NCBI GenBank assembly: GCA_963814375.1
Contig: CAWFCQ010000004.1
Coordinates: 256,001-320,000, forward strand
DNA from: an uncultured Chloroflexia bacterium
Lineage (GTDB): Bacteria; Chloroflexota; Limnocylindria; QHBO01
Reading direction: 5' to 3'
Length of the DNA stretch: 64,000 nucleotides
Position 1 is the first letter of the stretch; the number at the start of each line of letters is the position of its first letter. The notes beneath the pieces were generated by a model that saw only the letters and a list, made by a program, of their open reading frames with translations, was not told the DNA's origin and ran no database searches. The translations under genes and the position numbers were made by a program. Positions 9,762 through 18,932 of this stretch are shown piece after piece.

Positions 9762-10979
9762 TCAGCTGGTCGGCTGGACCGACGGTGGCGCGATGGGGGA
9801 GAGGTGCAGCTCGACCCGCACAAGCCCTTCCTCGAGCGGCAGGTCCGTGACCTGGCGCCACGCCTCGTGCGAGAGGTTCGCGACGCGCTGGTCCGCCGTG
9901 CCGACATAGCACGGGCACGAATCGACGACCGGCATCGAGACGCAGCGGTCGGCGCACACCAGCACCCAGCTCGGGTCTCCGGTGGGGATACCGCCGCCGA
10001 TCTCGACCGGCAGCGCCACCGTGGCCATTCCCTCCCAGCCGGCGCTCTCGCCGTAGCTCGATGCCATCCCGGTCACGAGCCCGTCGAACGCCGCCAGCGG
10101 CGCGATCGCCTCCGGACCCGGGATGGTTGCCGCGAACGCGGCAGATCCGCCCGAGAGCGTCCCGGCCGGGTCGCCGGCGAAGGCGTACCAGTAGTCCTCC
10201 TTGCCCTCGAAGTACGGGCTTCGCTGGAGCCAGGTCTCGGCGCCGTCGATCTCGGCGTGCGGCAGGCGGGCGACCGCATCGGCGACGAAGTTCGGCTCGC
10301 TGGCGAAGACGTCGCCGAACGGCAGGTCCGGCGCGTCGAGCAGGGCCGCGACGAGGTGCGCGGCGCCCTCGTAGAAGTCGGTGGCGAAGTATGCCGATGC
10401 GCCGAGATCGGCGAGCGGTGCGCGGCTGTAGGCGCTGACGCGGCCGGCGGCCGTCTCCTCGTCGGCGGGCTCGTCGAATCCCTCGCCCGCGCCGGGGGCG
10501 TAGCACGCGTTCGAGTAGATCATCACCCAGCCGGGAGCCGGGCGCGCATGCTCAGCGATCCACGCCTCGCCGTAGTAGGCCAGCCTGCCATCGGCGAAGG
10601 AGTCGGAGTGGTCGCCCTTCGCGTTCGGCCCGTTCAGGCCCCAGCCGTTCGTGGTCGCCGCGCTCGGTGTGTCGGAGTACGGGTTCGGTGTGCCGATGCC
10701 GTGGCCGAAGTAGATGACGACGTTGGCACCCTCGACCGCGGCCAGCACGTTGTCGGCGGTGGCATCGGGCGAAAGGGCGGTGGCGACGGTGGCGCCCCGC
10801 ATCTCGGCGGCGGTGGAGGCCGCGTCGGCGAGGGCCAGGTACACCGGCGTCAGCTCCTCACCGACCGGCCCCACGATGATGGCCACCTTGATCGGCGTGG
10901 CGGCGCGTGCGGGCGCGGCGAGGCCCAGGCTGGCGAGGAGCGATGCCAGCAGCGTGGCGACGACAAGGACCGAACGCAC
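9762..10979 (-). CDS. Secreted protein: clan CD peptidase-like N-domain plus RlpA/DPBB-like C-domain
   Basis: Signal peptide ending ARA-A; VIYFGHG and YSNACYAPG; C-terminal GMASSYG...VVDSCPC...VANLSHEAW. Confidence 0.6.
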   Translation of the reverse strand: MRSVLVVATLLASLLASLGLAAPARAATPIKVAIIVGPVGEELTPVYLALADAASTAAEMRGATVATALSPDATADNVLAAVEGANVVIYFGHGIGTPNPYSDTPSAATTNGWGLNGPNAKGDHSDSFADGRLAYYGEAWIAEHARPAPGWVMIYSNACYAPGAGEGFDEPADEETAAGRVSAYSRAPLADLGASAYFATDFYEGAAHLVAALLDAPDLPFGDVFASEPNFVADAVARLPHAEIDGAETWLQRSPYFEGKEDYWYAFAGDPAGTLSGGSAAFAATIPGPEAIAPLAAFDGLVTGMASSYGESAGWEGMATVALPVEIGGGIPTGDPSWVLVCADRCVSMPVVDSCPCYVGTADQRVANLSHEAWRQVTDLPLEEGLVRVELHLSPIAPPSVQPTS

Positions 10980-11070
10980 GCGGATCCCCCGTGGGCACAA
11001 GGGTGTTCACCGAGTAGTTGCGTAGCATCGCACACGCGCGTGGACGCCACGCAAGGAGAGTCGCGCGCGG

Positions 11071-11916
11071 TTACGCCGAGGTTGCCTCGAGACCGTCCGC
11101 CGCTGCCGGTGGTCGCTCGTTGCCGAGGAGCGCTTCGGTGATCACGTCCGCCCAGGCGCTGTAGCCGACGACCGATGGGTGGAACTGGTCGCGAGACAGG
11201 ACGTCGACCCGTCCGCGGATCCGATCGGGGACCTCTGCCGCCAGGTCGCCGTATGCCGCCCCGGCACGAGCCGCCTCGGAGCGGCTGATCGGCCGAAGGA
11301 GGCGCGCGTACTGATCGGTCATAAGGATGAGCGGCTCGATCGCACGCAGCGCGCCGCGGAATGCCGGGATGCCGGCAAGGACGAGTCGCGCGTCGGGCGC
11401 TTCGGCTCGGATCCCCTCGAGCACCGCACGCAGGTCGGCGCGGAAGCGGCGTGGAAGCGTGCTGTGGGTGGCGTCGTTCGAGCCGATCACCACCGCGACG
11501 AGATCGGCGCCCGGAAGGAACGGCTCAGTCTCGCCCTTTCCGTGCGGCTCGAGCGCGTGCGGAAGCTGCGAGCGCACGAGGTCGGAGACGCGCGCACCTG
11601 CCCATCCGTAGCTGACGACGTGCACGTCGCGCGAGCAGGCGTCGGCGACTCGGCGGGCCATCAGATAGGGGAGCGAGTCCGCCGGCCGCTCCACGCCGAC
11701 GCCGGCCGTGGTGGAGTCACCAAGCACCACGAAGCGCAGCGGCGTTCCGCCAGCCTTGCCCTGGCTCGGGTACGCGATGTGGTCGATATAGAAACCGGGG
11801 TCGCCAGGCAGGAATTCCATGCGCCGCAGCCTCATGAGCTGCACGGCGACGACGCCCGCGAAGGCGCCGACCAGGGTTCCGAGCACGCGTGCCAACCGCG
11901 TGAGCCATCGATCCAT
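11071..11916 (-). CDS. SGNH/GDSL hydrolase with N-terminal anchor
   Basis: VVLGDSTTAG, IGSNDA, DQFHPS. Confidence 0.9.
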   Translation of the reverse strand: MDRWLTRLARVLGTLVGAFAGVVAVQLMRLRRMEFLPGDPGFYIDHIAYPSQGKAGGTPLRFVVLGDSTTAGVGVERPADSLPYLMARRVADACSRDVHVVSYGWAGARVSDLVRSQLPHALEPHGKGETEPFLPGADLVAVVIGSNDATHSTLPRRFRADLRAVLEGIRAEAPDARLVLAGIPAFRGALRAIEPLILMTDQYARLLRPISRSEAARAGAAYGDLAAEVPDRIRGRVDVLSRDQFHPSVVGYSAWADVITEALLGNERPPAAADGLEATSA

Positions 11917-11968
11917 GCCCCTCACGCTAGCAAGTCGCCCGCCTTGACGCCAACAGCACAATCGGCGC

Positions 11969-12880
11969 GTGGCTGGAGGAGCGCTGATCATCGTCAACCC
12001 GGCCGCCGGTGGAGGGCGCGCCCTGCGCCTGATTCCGTGGATCCGCGAGCGGCTGTCGGGCCGGCACGATCTGGAGCTCGAAGTGACTGGCATGCCCGGT
12101 GACGCGGAGCGGCTCGCCGCCGATGCCTCGCGTGCCGGACGCGGGCGGGTCGTCGCCGTGGGCGGCGACGGGACCATCCAGGAAGTGCTCAACGGGATCA
12201 TGACCGGCGATCGCCGTCCCGCGCTCGGCGTCGTCCCGGTAGGCACCGGGAACGACCTGGCACGCAGCCTCGCGATCCCGCGCCACCAGGAGGCGGCATG
12301 GTCGCTCGCGCTCTCCGGCCCGGTGCGCCGCCTCGACGCGGCGCACGCGACCAACGGCGAGGGCACCTTTCGCTGGTTCGCCTCGGCCGGAGGCATCGGC
12401 TTCGACGCCCAGGTGGCGGCCTCGATGGCGGTCCGTCGCGGCTGGCAGGCGAGCCGCGCCGGCTATCTGCTGACCACATTGGCGGAGCTGCGCCGGTTCG
12501 AGAACCGACCGATCAGGCTCACCGTGGATGGGGAGGCGGAGGACCTGGAGGTCCTCTTCGTCGCGATCGCGAACGGCTCGTACTACGGCGGCGGAATGCG
12601 CATCGCGCCCGATGCCTCCCCCGACGATGGTCGCCTGGACGTCTGCGTCGTCGGCAATGTGTCGCGCCTGACGGCGCTGGGGCAGATCCCGAACCTGTAT
12701 CGCGGCACGCACGTCCGCCATCCGGCCGTCAGCATGCGGACGGGAGCCACGGTCTCGATCGATGGCGACTCGGAGACCCGCGTTCATCTCGACGGCGAGC
12801 CGTTCGGCACGCTGCCACTGCGGGTCAGGGTCGTCCCCGGCGCGGTTGACGTCGCCGCCCCGCCAACGCCGGCGCGCTAG
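11969..12880 (+). CDS. Diacylglycerol kinase-family lipid kinase (YegS/BmrU)
   Basis: IIVNPAAGGG, VGGDGT, PVGTGNDLAR, GFDA, YGGGM, HLDGE. Confidence 0.92.
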   Translation: MAGGALIIVNPAAGGGRALRLIPWIRERLSGRHDLELEVTGMPGDAERLAADASRAGRGRVVAVGGDGTIQEVLNGIMTGDRRPALGVVPVGTGNDLARSLAIPRHQEAAWSLALSGPVRRLDAAHATNGEGTFRWFASAGGIGFDAQVAASMAVRRGWQASRAGYLLTTLAELRRFENRPIRLTVDGEAEDLEVLFVAIANGSYYGGGMRIAPDASPDDGRLDVCVVGNVSRLTALGQIPNLYRGTHVRHPAVSMRTGATVSIDGDSETRVHLDGEPFGTLPLRVRVVPGAVDVAAPPTPAR

Positions 12881-12890
12881 GCTGCGTGGT

Positions 12891-13148
12891 GTGACGGAGC
12901 CGATTGAGCCTGCCATCCGCGTCGGGTCCCGGCTGTACGGGGCCGGGCGTCGCCGGATCGGCACGATCGACGCGGTGTTCGCCGACTACCTGCTCGTGCG
13001 GACCGCGGGCCTGCTGCCGATCGACCTGTACGTGCCGCGGCCGGAGATCGCGACGGCCGGCGACCGACTGACCGTGGAGGCCGATGCCGGCCAGGCCTAC
13101 GAGCGCTGGCATCGGCCGCTCAAGCGCGCACCACACGAAGAGCGATGA
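12891..13148 (+). CDS. Small PRC-barrel/DUF2171-like protein
   Basis: IRVGSRLYGAGRRRIGTIDAVFADYLLV...DLYVP; GTG start after TAGGCT. Confidence 0.6.
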   Translation: MTEPIEPAIRVGSRLYGAGRRRIGTIDAVFADYLLVRTAGLLPIDLYVPRPEIATAGDRLTVEADAGQAYERWHRPLKRAPHEER

Positions 13149-13522
13149 GCACCTTCACCGACGTCACGCTTGATGCGCTGCGCGCCGCGCGGACCGTCGT
13201 CATCGAGACGTCCGCCGCACCGGATACCGAACGACACCGGGCGGTGATCTGGATCGTTGTGGACGGCGACGATCGAGTGCTGGTGCGGTCGGTTCGTGGC
13301 CGGCGCGGCCGATGGTATCGCGAGCTCGTTGCCAACCCGGCCGGAGCGGTCGAGGCCGGCGGCGCTCGCCTGCCGATCGTCGCCGAGGTTGCCACCGACG
13401 ACGAGCGGGTTCGCTCCTGCAGCGATGCTCTCTCGGCCAAGTACCGCTCGGCGGGCGGCTCGCTGGCGGCGATGCTGCTCCCCGAGGTTCTCGACGCCAC
13501 GCTCGAGCTGCGTCCAGGCTGA
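13145..13522 (+). CDS. DUF2255 / split-barrel flavin(F420)-binding-like protein
   Basis: IWIVVDGDDRVLVRSVRGRRGRWYR...KY. Confidence 0.75.
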   Translation: MSTFTDVTLDALRAARTVVIETSAAPDTERHRAVIWIVVDGDDRVLVRSVRGRRGRWYRELVANPAGAVEAGGARLPIVAEVATDDERVRSCSDALSAKYRSAGGSLAAMLLPEVLDATLELRPG

Positions 13523-13564
13523 GCCATGCTTCGGGCATCGGTCCTGCGGTAGGCTAGGGCAGCC

Positions 13565-14524
13565 ATGAACGACGCCGATACGATCCAGCCACTGAACGGC
13601 CGACCGCCGTACGCGCCCGGCGACGCCGATGCGTTCTACGCGCACGTCGGCTCCGGTGGGAAGGTCGAGGCCGACGACTGGCTGCCCGACGAGTACCGCG
13701 CCGCGGTGCTCAAGTTCGTCGAGATGCACGCGAACTCCGAGCTGATGGGCGTGCTCCCGGAGCGCGACTGGATCATGCGAGCGCCAACCCTTCGCAGGAA
13801 GCTGGCACTGACCTCGAAGATCCAGGACGAGGTTGGCCACGCGCAGCTGCTGTATCGCGTCGCCGAGGACCTCGGTAAGCCGCGCGCGGCGATGCTCGCC
13901 GACCTCATCGATGGTAAGACGAAGTTCCACAACGTCTTCCACTACCCGACAAGGTCGTGGGCCGACGTCGGGATCATCGCCTGGCTGGTCGACGCGGCGG
14001 CGATCGTTTCGCAGCAGGCCCTGCGGGATTCCTCCTACGCGCCGTACGGGCGGACGATGAGGAAGATCTGCTGGGAGGAATCGGTGCACATCATGCACGG
14101 CCGCGATGTCGTGCTGACCCTCATGAATGGGACCGCCACCCAGCGCGCCATGGTGCAGGAGGCGCTCGACCGCTGGTGGGGCCCGCTGATGCAGATGCAC
14201 GGCCCGCCGACCGACCCGGCGAAGGACAAGGACCTGCACTGGGGCATCAAGAGCAAGAACAACGAGCAGCTGCGCCAGGAGTTCCTCTCGATCTACGTGC
14301 CTCGGATCCTGGAGCTCGGCCTGCGCATCCCCGATCCGAACCTTCGGTTCGACGAGGCGAGCGGACGGTGGGCGTACACCGAGCCGGATTGGGCGGAGCT
14401 GAAGTCCGTCGTCACCGGGCACGGACCGGCGTCGCAGTCGCGCCTCGAGTTCCGCCGCGTGAATTTTGCCGACACCCAATGGGTGCGCGACGCGTTGATG
14501 GGCGGGGCCAGCGCGGCGGCCTGA
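13565..14524 (+). CDS. paaA: 1,2-phenylacetyl-CoA epoxidase subunit A
   Basis: HANSELMG, APTLRRK, KIQDEVGH, WLVDAAA, SYAPY, EESVH diiron motifs. Confidence 0.95.
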   Translation: MNDADTIQPLNGRPPYAPGDADAFYAHVGSGGKVEADDWLPDEYRAAVLKFVEMHANSELMGVLPERDWIMRAPTLRRKLALTSKIQDEVGHAQLLYRVAEDLGKPRAAMLADLIDGKTKFHNVFHYPTRSWADVGIIAWLVDAAAIVSQQALRDSSYAPYGRTMRKICWEESVHIMHGRDVVLTLMNGTATQRAMVQEALDRWWGPLMQMHGPPTDPAKDKDLHWGIKSKNNEQLRQEFLSIYVPRILELGLRIPDPNLRFDEASGRWAYTEPDWAELKSVVTGHGPASQSRLEFRRVNFADTQWVRDALMGGASAAA

Positions 14525-14538
14525 GCTCGGCGCCTCGA

Positions 14539-14687
14539 CGAACCGTCCAGATTCACACCAGGTGGGCGTTATGCGGCGTATCGGCCCGCGAACCGTCCAG
14601 ATTCACGCCAGGTGAGCGCCACGGTCTGAAACCGACGGTTCGACCGCTCCGTTCGCGCGTAACGGTCGCTCCATGTGAATTCCGACG
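14539..14687. repeat. Composite intergenic repeat element, copy 2
   Basis: CGAACCGTCCAGATTCACRCCAGGTGRGCG at 14539 and 14589, CGACGGTTCG at 14633, inverted unit 14656-14687. Confidence 0.85.
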
Positions 14688-14725
14688 CTTCGCGTCGCCA
14701 ACGATGGCGGAGTACCCTTCGGCCG

Positions 14726-15037
14726 ATGAGCAGCACCGCCGCCGAGCGTGTCTGGGAGGTCTTCCGGCAGGAGGACGAGGGCGATCCCATGATCCACGCC
14801 GGCAACGTGAACGCTCCCGACGAGGAGCTCGCCATGCACTACGCGCGCGAGTTCTACGGACGCCGCGGCGAGTCGCATCGGCTCTGGATCGTCGCGCGCG
14901 ACGCGATCACCGAGCTCGACGACCCGGACCTGCTCAAGCCGCCGTTCGATCGGTCTCACAAGAAGCCCGGCGGGTACATCATCAAGCACAAGCTCGAGGC
15001 GGCGAAGGCACGCGCGGCGACGGAGGCGGGGGAGTGA
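14726..15037 (+). CDS. paaB: 1,2-phenylacetyl-CoA epoxidase subunit B
   Basis: WEVFRQ...HAGNVNAPDEELAMHYAREFYGRRGE..LWIV. Confidence 0.9.
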   Translation: MSSTAAERVWEVFRQEDEGDPMIHAGNVNAPDEELAMHYAREFYGRRGESHRLWIVARDAITELDDPDLLKPPFDRSHKKPGGYIIKHKLEAAKARAATEAGE

Positions 15038-15811
15038 CCACCGCACCCGGTACCCTGGACCTCGCAACCCGGGACGCGCTGGCGGAGCTGATCCTGAGCG
15101 TCGCCGACGACGAGTTCGTCATCGGCTTCTGGGACTCGGAATGGACCGGTATCGCGCCGATGCTCGAGGAGGACGTCGCAACCAGCTCGATCGCCCAGGA
15201 CGAGATCGGCCATGCCAAGGCGCTCTACGAGCTTCTGGCCGAGCTGACCGATGACGACGCCGACCGCATCGCCTTCGGTCGTGCCGCCGCCGACTTCCGA
15301 CACGCGGCACTCCTCAACCACGCGCGGGGCGACTGGGCGTTCAGCGTCGCACGTCGCTACCTGTACGAGACCGCCGATGCCGTCCGCCTCGCCGCACTCT
15401 CGCGCTCGACGCCACGAGCCGCTGGCCGCATTGACGGGCAAGATGCGCCGCGAGGAGACCTACCACCTGCTCCACGCCGAGGCGTGGCTCCGGCGTCTCG
15501 CAGATGCCCCACCGCCGGCCTCCGATCGGCTCGCCACGTCCCTGCGAGAGCTCTGGCCCGACGCCCAGGAGGTCTTCGCGCCGCTGCTCGAGGAGGAGGA
15601 GCTCGTCCGCTCGGGGCTCCTCGCCGAGCCGATGCGCGCCATGCACGCGGCGTGGATGTCAAAGGTTCGGCCAACGCTCGAGCCGATCGCCGGTGAGCTG
15701 CCGGACTCGGCGCCGAGCCTCGACGGCCGTACGCGCAGGACCGATGAGTTCGCCTGGCTGCATCGTGAGTTCACGATGGTGTCCGGCTCGGATGCCGAAG
15801 CCTCATGGTGA
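15034..15811 (+). CDS. paaC: 1,2-phenylacetyl-CoA epoxidase subunit C (+1 frameshift at ~15412)
   Basis: ADDEFVIG..SEWTGIAPMLEEDVA..IAQDEIGHA in the first frame; KMRREETYHLLHAEAWLRRL in the next frame. Confidence 0.9.
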
Positions 15812-16326
15812 CCGCGACCCCGCATGCGGCGCGCGAGCGCCGGATCTGGGACGAGCTGGCGCAGATTCCGGATCCCGAGATCCCGGCCATCAGCGTGGTG
15901 GACCTTGGCGTCATCGGCTCCGTCGCCGTGGACGGCCACCGGGTGCGTGTCCAGCTCCTTCCCACGTTCGTCGGCTGCCCGGCAATCGGCATCATGCAGA
16001 CGCAGATCACCGATCGGCTCAGCGCCCTCGAGCCGGCGACCGAGGTGGAAGTCGCCATCAGCTTCGACCCGCCGTGGACCAGCGATCGGATCTCGGTCCA
16101 GGGGCGCGAGCAGCTGCGCCGCAGCGGCTTCGCTCCGCCGGCGCCGATGCCGGCCGGACCGGCTCTCGGCCAGCTCGACGAGCTGGCGGTCCTGCCGATC
16201 GCCGAGTGCCCGTACTGCGGCTCGCGCAACACGACCCTCGACAACCCATTCGGGCCGACCCTGTGTCGGGCGATCTACCACTGCGCCGACTGCCGCCAGC
16301 CGTTCGAGCAGATGAAGCGCGTCTGA
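15805..16326 (+). CDS. paaD: Phenylacetyl-CoA epoxidase subunit PaaD (PaaJ)
   Basis: IPDPEIPAISVVDLG, PTFVGCPA, PWTSDRI, CPYCGS, FGPTLCRAIYHCADCRQPFE. Confidence 0.93.
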   Translation: MVTATPHAARERRIWDELAQIPDPEIPAISVVDLGVIGSVAVDGHRVRVQLLPTFVGCPAIGIMQTQITDRLSALEPATEVEVAISFDPPWTSDRISVQGREQLRRSGFAPPAPMPAGPALGQLDELAVLPIAECPYCGSRNTTLDNPFGPTLCRAIYHCADCRQPFEQMKRV

Positions 16327-16361
16327 GCGCGCCTTGGCGTGCCGCTTGCATCGGGCGCGGC

Positions 16362-16595
16362 ATGATCGATCGTGACAAGCCACAAGGGCCAGGCCAGGGG
16401 CCGCTCGACCGCCCGGAGCGCGACGCCGGCGATCCCATCGGCGACGACGCGTATCCGGGCGGCCAGGTGCAGCCACCGACCGCCGACATGGACGACCCGA
16501 TCCCGGAGTCCGGCCTGCCCGGCGAGCCGGAGGCCGAGCCGAACCAGCTCGAGCGCGAGGAGGACGTCGGCCCCGAGCCCGACCAGCGGCCCTGA
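16362..16595 (+). CDS. Small acidic Pro/Asp/Glu-rich hypothetical protein
   Basis: 77 aa ORF filling the paaD-thrS gap with GC3-rich codons. Confidence 0.5.
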   Translation: MIDRDKPQGPGQGPLDRPERDAGDPIGDDAYPGGQVQPPTADMDDPIPESGLPGEPEAEPNQLEREEDVGPEPDQRP

Positions 16596-16622
16596 CCCAC
16601 GCCATGCGCTACCCTTCGGCGC

Positions 16623-18434
16623 ATGGCCATCGACGCTGACGAGGTCGCCCAGGACGCGAGCGCCGCGCTGACTTCGGGGACCGAAGACCGCCTCGCCGCG
16701 ATGCGGCACAGCGCCGCCCACATGATGGCGGCCGCGGTGGTCGAGCTGTTCCCGGACGTGAAGCTGGGCATCGGTCCGGCCATCCGCGACGGCTTCTACT
16801 ACGACTTCGATCTGCCCCGCCCGCTGACACCCGACGATCTCGAGCAGATCGAGGGGAAGATGCGCGAGCAGCAGGCCGCGGACCTGGCCTTCGAGCATTC
16901 GCAGGACCTTCCGCGAGCCGAGGCGGTCGCGCTGCTCACCGAGCGCGGACAGCCCTTCAAGGTGGAGATCGTCAACGACCTGCCCGAGAGCGACGGGCCG
17001 ACCGTCAGCTTCTACCGCCACGGATCGTTCGAGGACCTGTGCCGCGGCGGCCATATCGGCTCGACCAGGGAGATGGGCGCCTTCAAGCTCCTGAGCACCG
17101 CCGGTGCCTACTGGCGTGGCGACGAGACGCGCCCGATGCTCCAGCGCATTTACGGCACCGCCTGGGACACTGCCGACGAGCTCGAGAAGCACCTGTGGCG
17201 CCTCGAGGAAGCGAAGAAGCGCGACCACCGCAAGCTCGGCCGGGAGCTCGACCTCTTCACCTTCCATCCCGAGTCGCCGGCTGCGCCCTTCCTCCACCCG
17301 CGCGGCATGGCCCTATGGCGAGCGCTCGAGGACTGGTCGCTGGAGGTGCGCCGCGACGCCGGCTTCCACGAGGTGCGCACGCCGAGCCTCGTACGCAAGG
17401 AGCTGTGGGAGACCTCCGGCCACTGGGGCAACTACCAGGACAACATGTTCGCCCTCGACGACCACGACCACATCAGCGGCCTCAAGCCGATGAACTGCCC
17501 GGAGGAGGTGCTGATCTACCGCACCCGGGCGCGGTCGTATCGAGAGCTGCCGATGCGGTTCGCCGACTACAGCGTCCTCTTCCGCAAGGAGCGCACGGGC
17601 GTCCTGGCCGGCATGTTCCGCGTCCGTCAACTGACCCAGGACGACTCCCACGTCTTCTGCCGCGAGGACCAAGTGGACGACGAGCTGCGGCTTGCGCTTT
17701 CGCTGGTGCGCAAGCAGTACGCGCCGTTCGGCTTCGAGCCGCGGGCCAAGCTGGCCACGCGGCCGGAGAAGCGGATCGGCTCCGACGAGTTCTGGGAGCG
17801 TGCGGAGCAGCAGCTGCGCGATCGGCTCACCGAGGACGGGATGGCCTTCGAGCTCGACCCCGGCGGCGGCGCGTTCTATGCGCCCAAGATCGACATCTTC
17901 ATCGACGACGCGCTCGGCCGGGAGTGGCAGATGGCCACGATCCAGGCCGACTACCAGCTGCCACAGCGATTCGACCTCGAGTACCGCGCCGCCGATGGCG
18001 GCTTCGAGCGGCCAGTGATCATCCATTACGCGATCTACGGCAGCTTCGAGCGCTTCATCGGCATCATCACCGAGGACTACGCGGGAGCCTTCCCGCTGTG
18101 GCTGGCGCCCGTCCAGGCGATGATCGTGCCGATCGCCGACCGTCACCTCGAATATGCAGAGTCGGTCCGCGCCGCGCTTGCCGATGCCGGCCTGCGGGCC
18201 GAGGTCGACTCCCGATCGGAGCGGATGCAGGCGAAGCTGCGCGAGGCGCAGGAGCAGAAGATCCCGGTCATGGTCGTGGTCGGCGACCGGGATGCCGAGG
18301 CCGGCGCCGTCTCGCCGCGACTCCGGACCGGTGAGTCGTCGCAGGGCGTTGCCCTCGACACCTTCGTCGCCGATCTCGTGGCGCGCAACGCGTCGCGCGA
18401 ACTGTGGCCCGTGCCCGCCGATACCGAGGCGTGA
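16623..18434 (+). CDS. thrS: Threonine--tRNA ligase (no N-terminal TGS domain)
   Basis: RHSAAH, DLCRGGH, GAYWRG, RDHRKLG, KPMNCP, AFYAPKID, GSFERF. Confidence 0.97.
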   Translation: MAIDADEVAQDASAALTSGTEDRLAAMRHSAAHMMAAAVVELFPDVKLGIGPAIRDGFYYDFDLPRPLTPDDLEQIEGKMREQQAADLAFEHSQDLPRAEAVALLTERGQPFKVEIVNDLPESDGPTVSFYRHGSFEDLCRGGHIGSTREMGAFKLLSTAGAYWRGDETRPMLQRIYGTAWDTADELEKHLWRLEEAKKRDHRKLGRELDLFTFHPESPAAPFLHPRGMALWRALEDWSLEVRRDAGFHEVRTPSLVRKELWETSGHWGNYQDNMFALDDHDHISGLKPMNCPEEVLIYRTRARSYRELPMRFADYSVLFRKERTGVLAGMFRVRQLTQDDSHVFCREDQVDDELRLALSLVRKQYAPFGFEPRAKLATRPEKRIGSDEFWERAEQQLRDRLTEDGMAFELDPGGGAFYAPKIDIFIDDALGREWQMATIQADYQLPQRFDLEYRAADGGFERPVIIHYAIYGSFERFIGIITEDYAGAFPLWLAPVQAMIVPIADRHLEYAESVRAALADAGLRAEVDSRSERMQAKLREAQEQKIPVMVVVGDRDAEAGAVSPRLRTGESSQGVALDTFVADLVARNASRELWPVPADTEA

Positions 18435-18456
18435 TCGGGGCCGACGCTTGAGGAAG

Positions 18457-18813
18457 ATGCGTGGCGTCGGCCAGCTGGCGCTTCTCTCGACCGACCCGCC
18501 ACGCGTCGCGGGGTTCTATGAGTCGGCGTTCGGGTTCCGGCGCCTCGCCGATGAGGACGGTGGGGTGGACCTCGAGCTCGGTGGCTTCGAGCTGAGCTTT
18601 CGACGAGGTGCGAGCGCCACGCGCGACGGGATCCAGATCGGCTTCAAGGTCGATACCGCCGCGGAGGTGGACGCCTGGGCGCAGGAGCTCGGCCGGCGTG
18701 GTTTCGCGCTGGCCGCACCGCCGTCGGGCGACCGCTGGGAGGGCTCGCGTTCGTTCCGCGTGGCCGATCCGGACGGTCGCCAGGTGGCGGTCTTCTACGA
18801 CTATCCGCGGTGA
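18457..18813 (+). CDS. VOC/glyoxalase family protein
   Basis: FYESAFGF, IGFKVD...VD, RSFRVADPDG. Confidence 0.85.
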   Translation: MRGVGQLALLSTDPPRVAGFYESAFGFRRLADEDGGVDLELGGFELSFRRGASATRDGIQIGFKVDTAAEVDAWAQELGRRGFALAAPPSGDRWEGSRSFRVADPDGRQVAVFYDYPR

Positions 18814-18823
18814 CGCTCGTGCG

Positions 18824-18852
18824 TTGACCGTGTACCCGGTTGCGGGTATCAT
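18824..18852 (+). promoter_or_regulatory. Sigma70 promoter of infC-rpmI-rplT
   Basis: TTGACC-17 nt-TATCAT. Confidence 0.75.
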
Positions 18853-18875
18853 CGCCGGGCAATTCGCGTACGTTT

Positions 18876-18913
18876 GCAGGGCCACCCGTCCGTGATCGGC
18901 CAGGTGGCCTTGT
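18876..18913 (+). promoter_or_regulatory. Stem-loop in the infC leader (candidate L20-type leader)
   Basis: GCAGGGCCACC...GGTGGCCTTGT 11-bp stem just upstream of the AAGGAG SD. Confidence 0.5.
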
Positions 18914-18932
18914 TGTTGAAGGAGAGCAGGAG

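Noticed and set aside
11018-11054. 12-bp inverted repeat between the SGNH gene and the secreted protein gene
   Set aside because: Single hairpin without a U-tract or second copy; cannot distinguish terminator, operator or chance
14539-14621. 50 bp-period direct repeats as a mini CRISPR array
   Set aside because: Only two direct units per locus plus an inverted unit, ~17-20 bp spacers, and no cas genes; fits a REP-like element better
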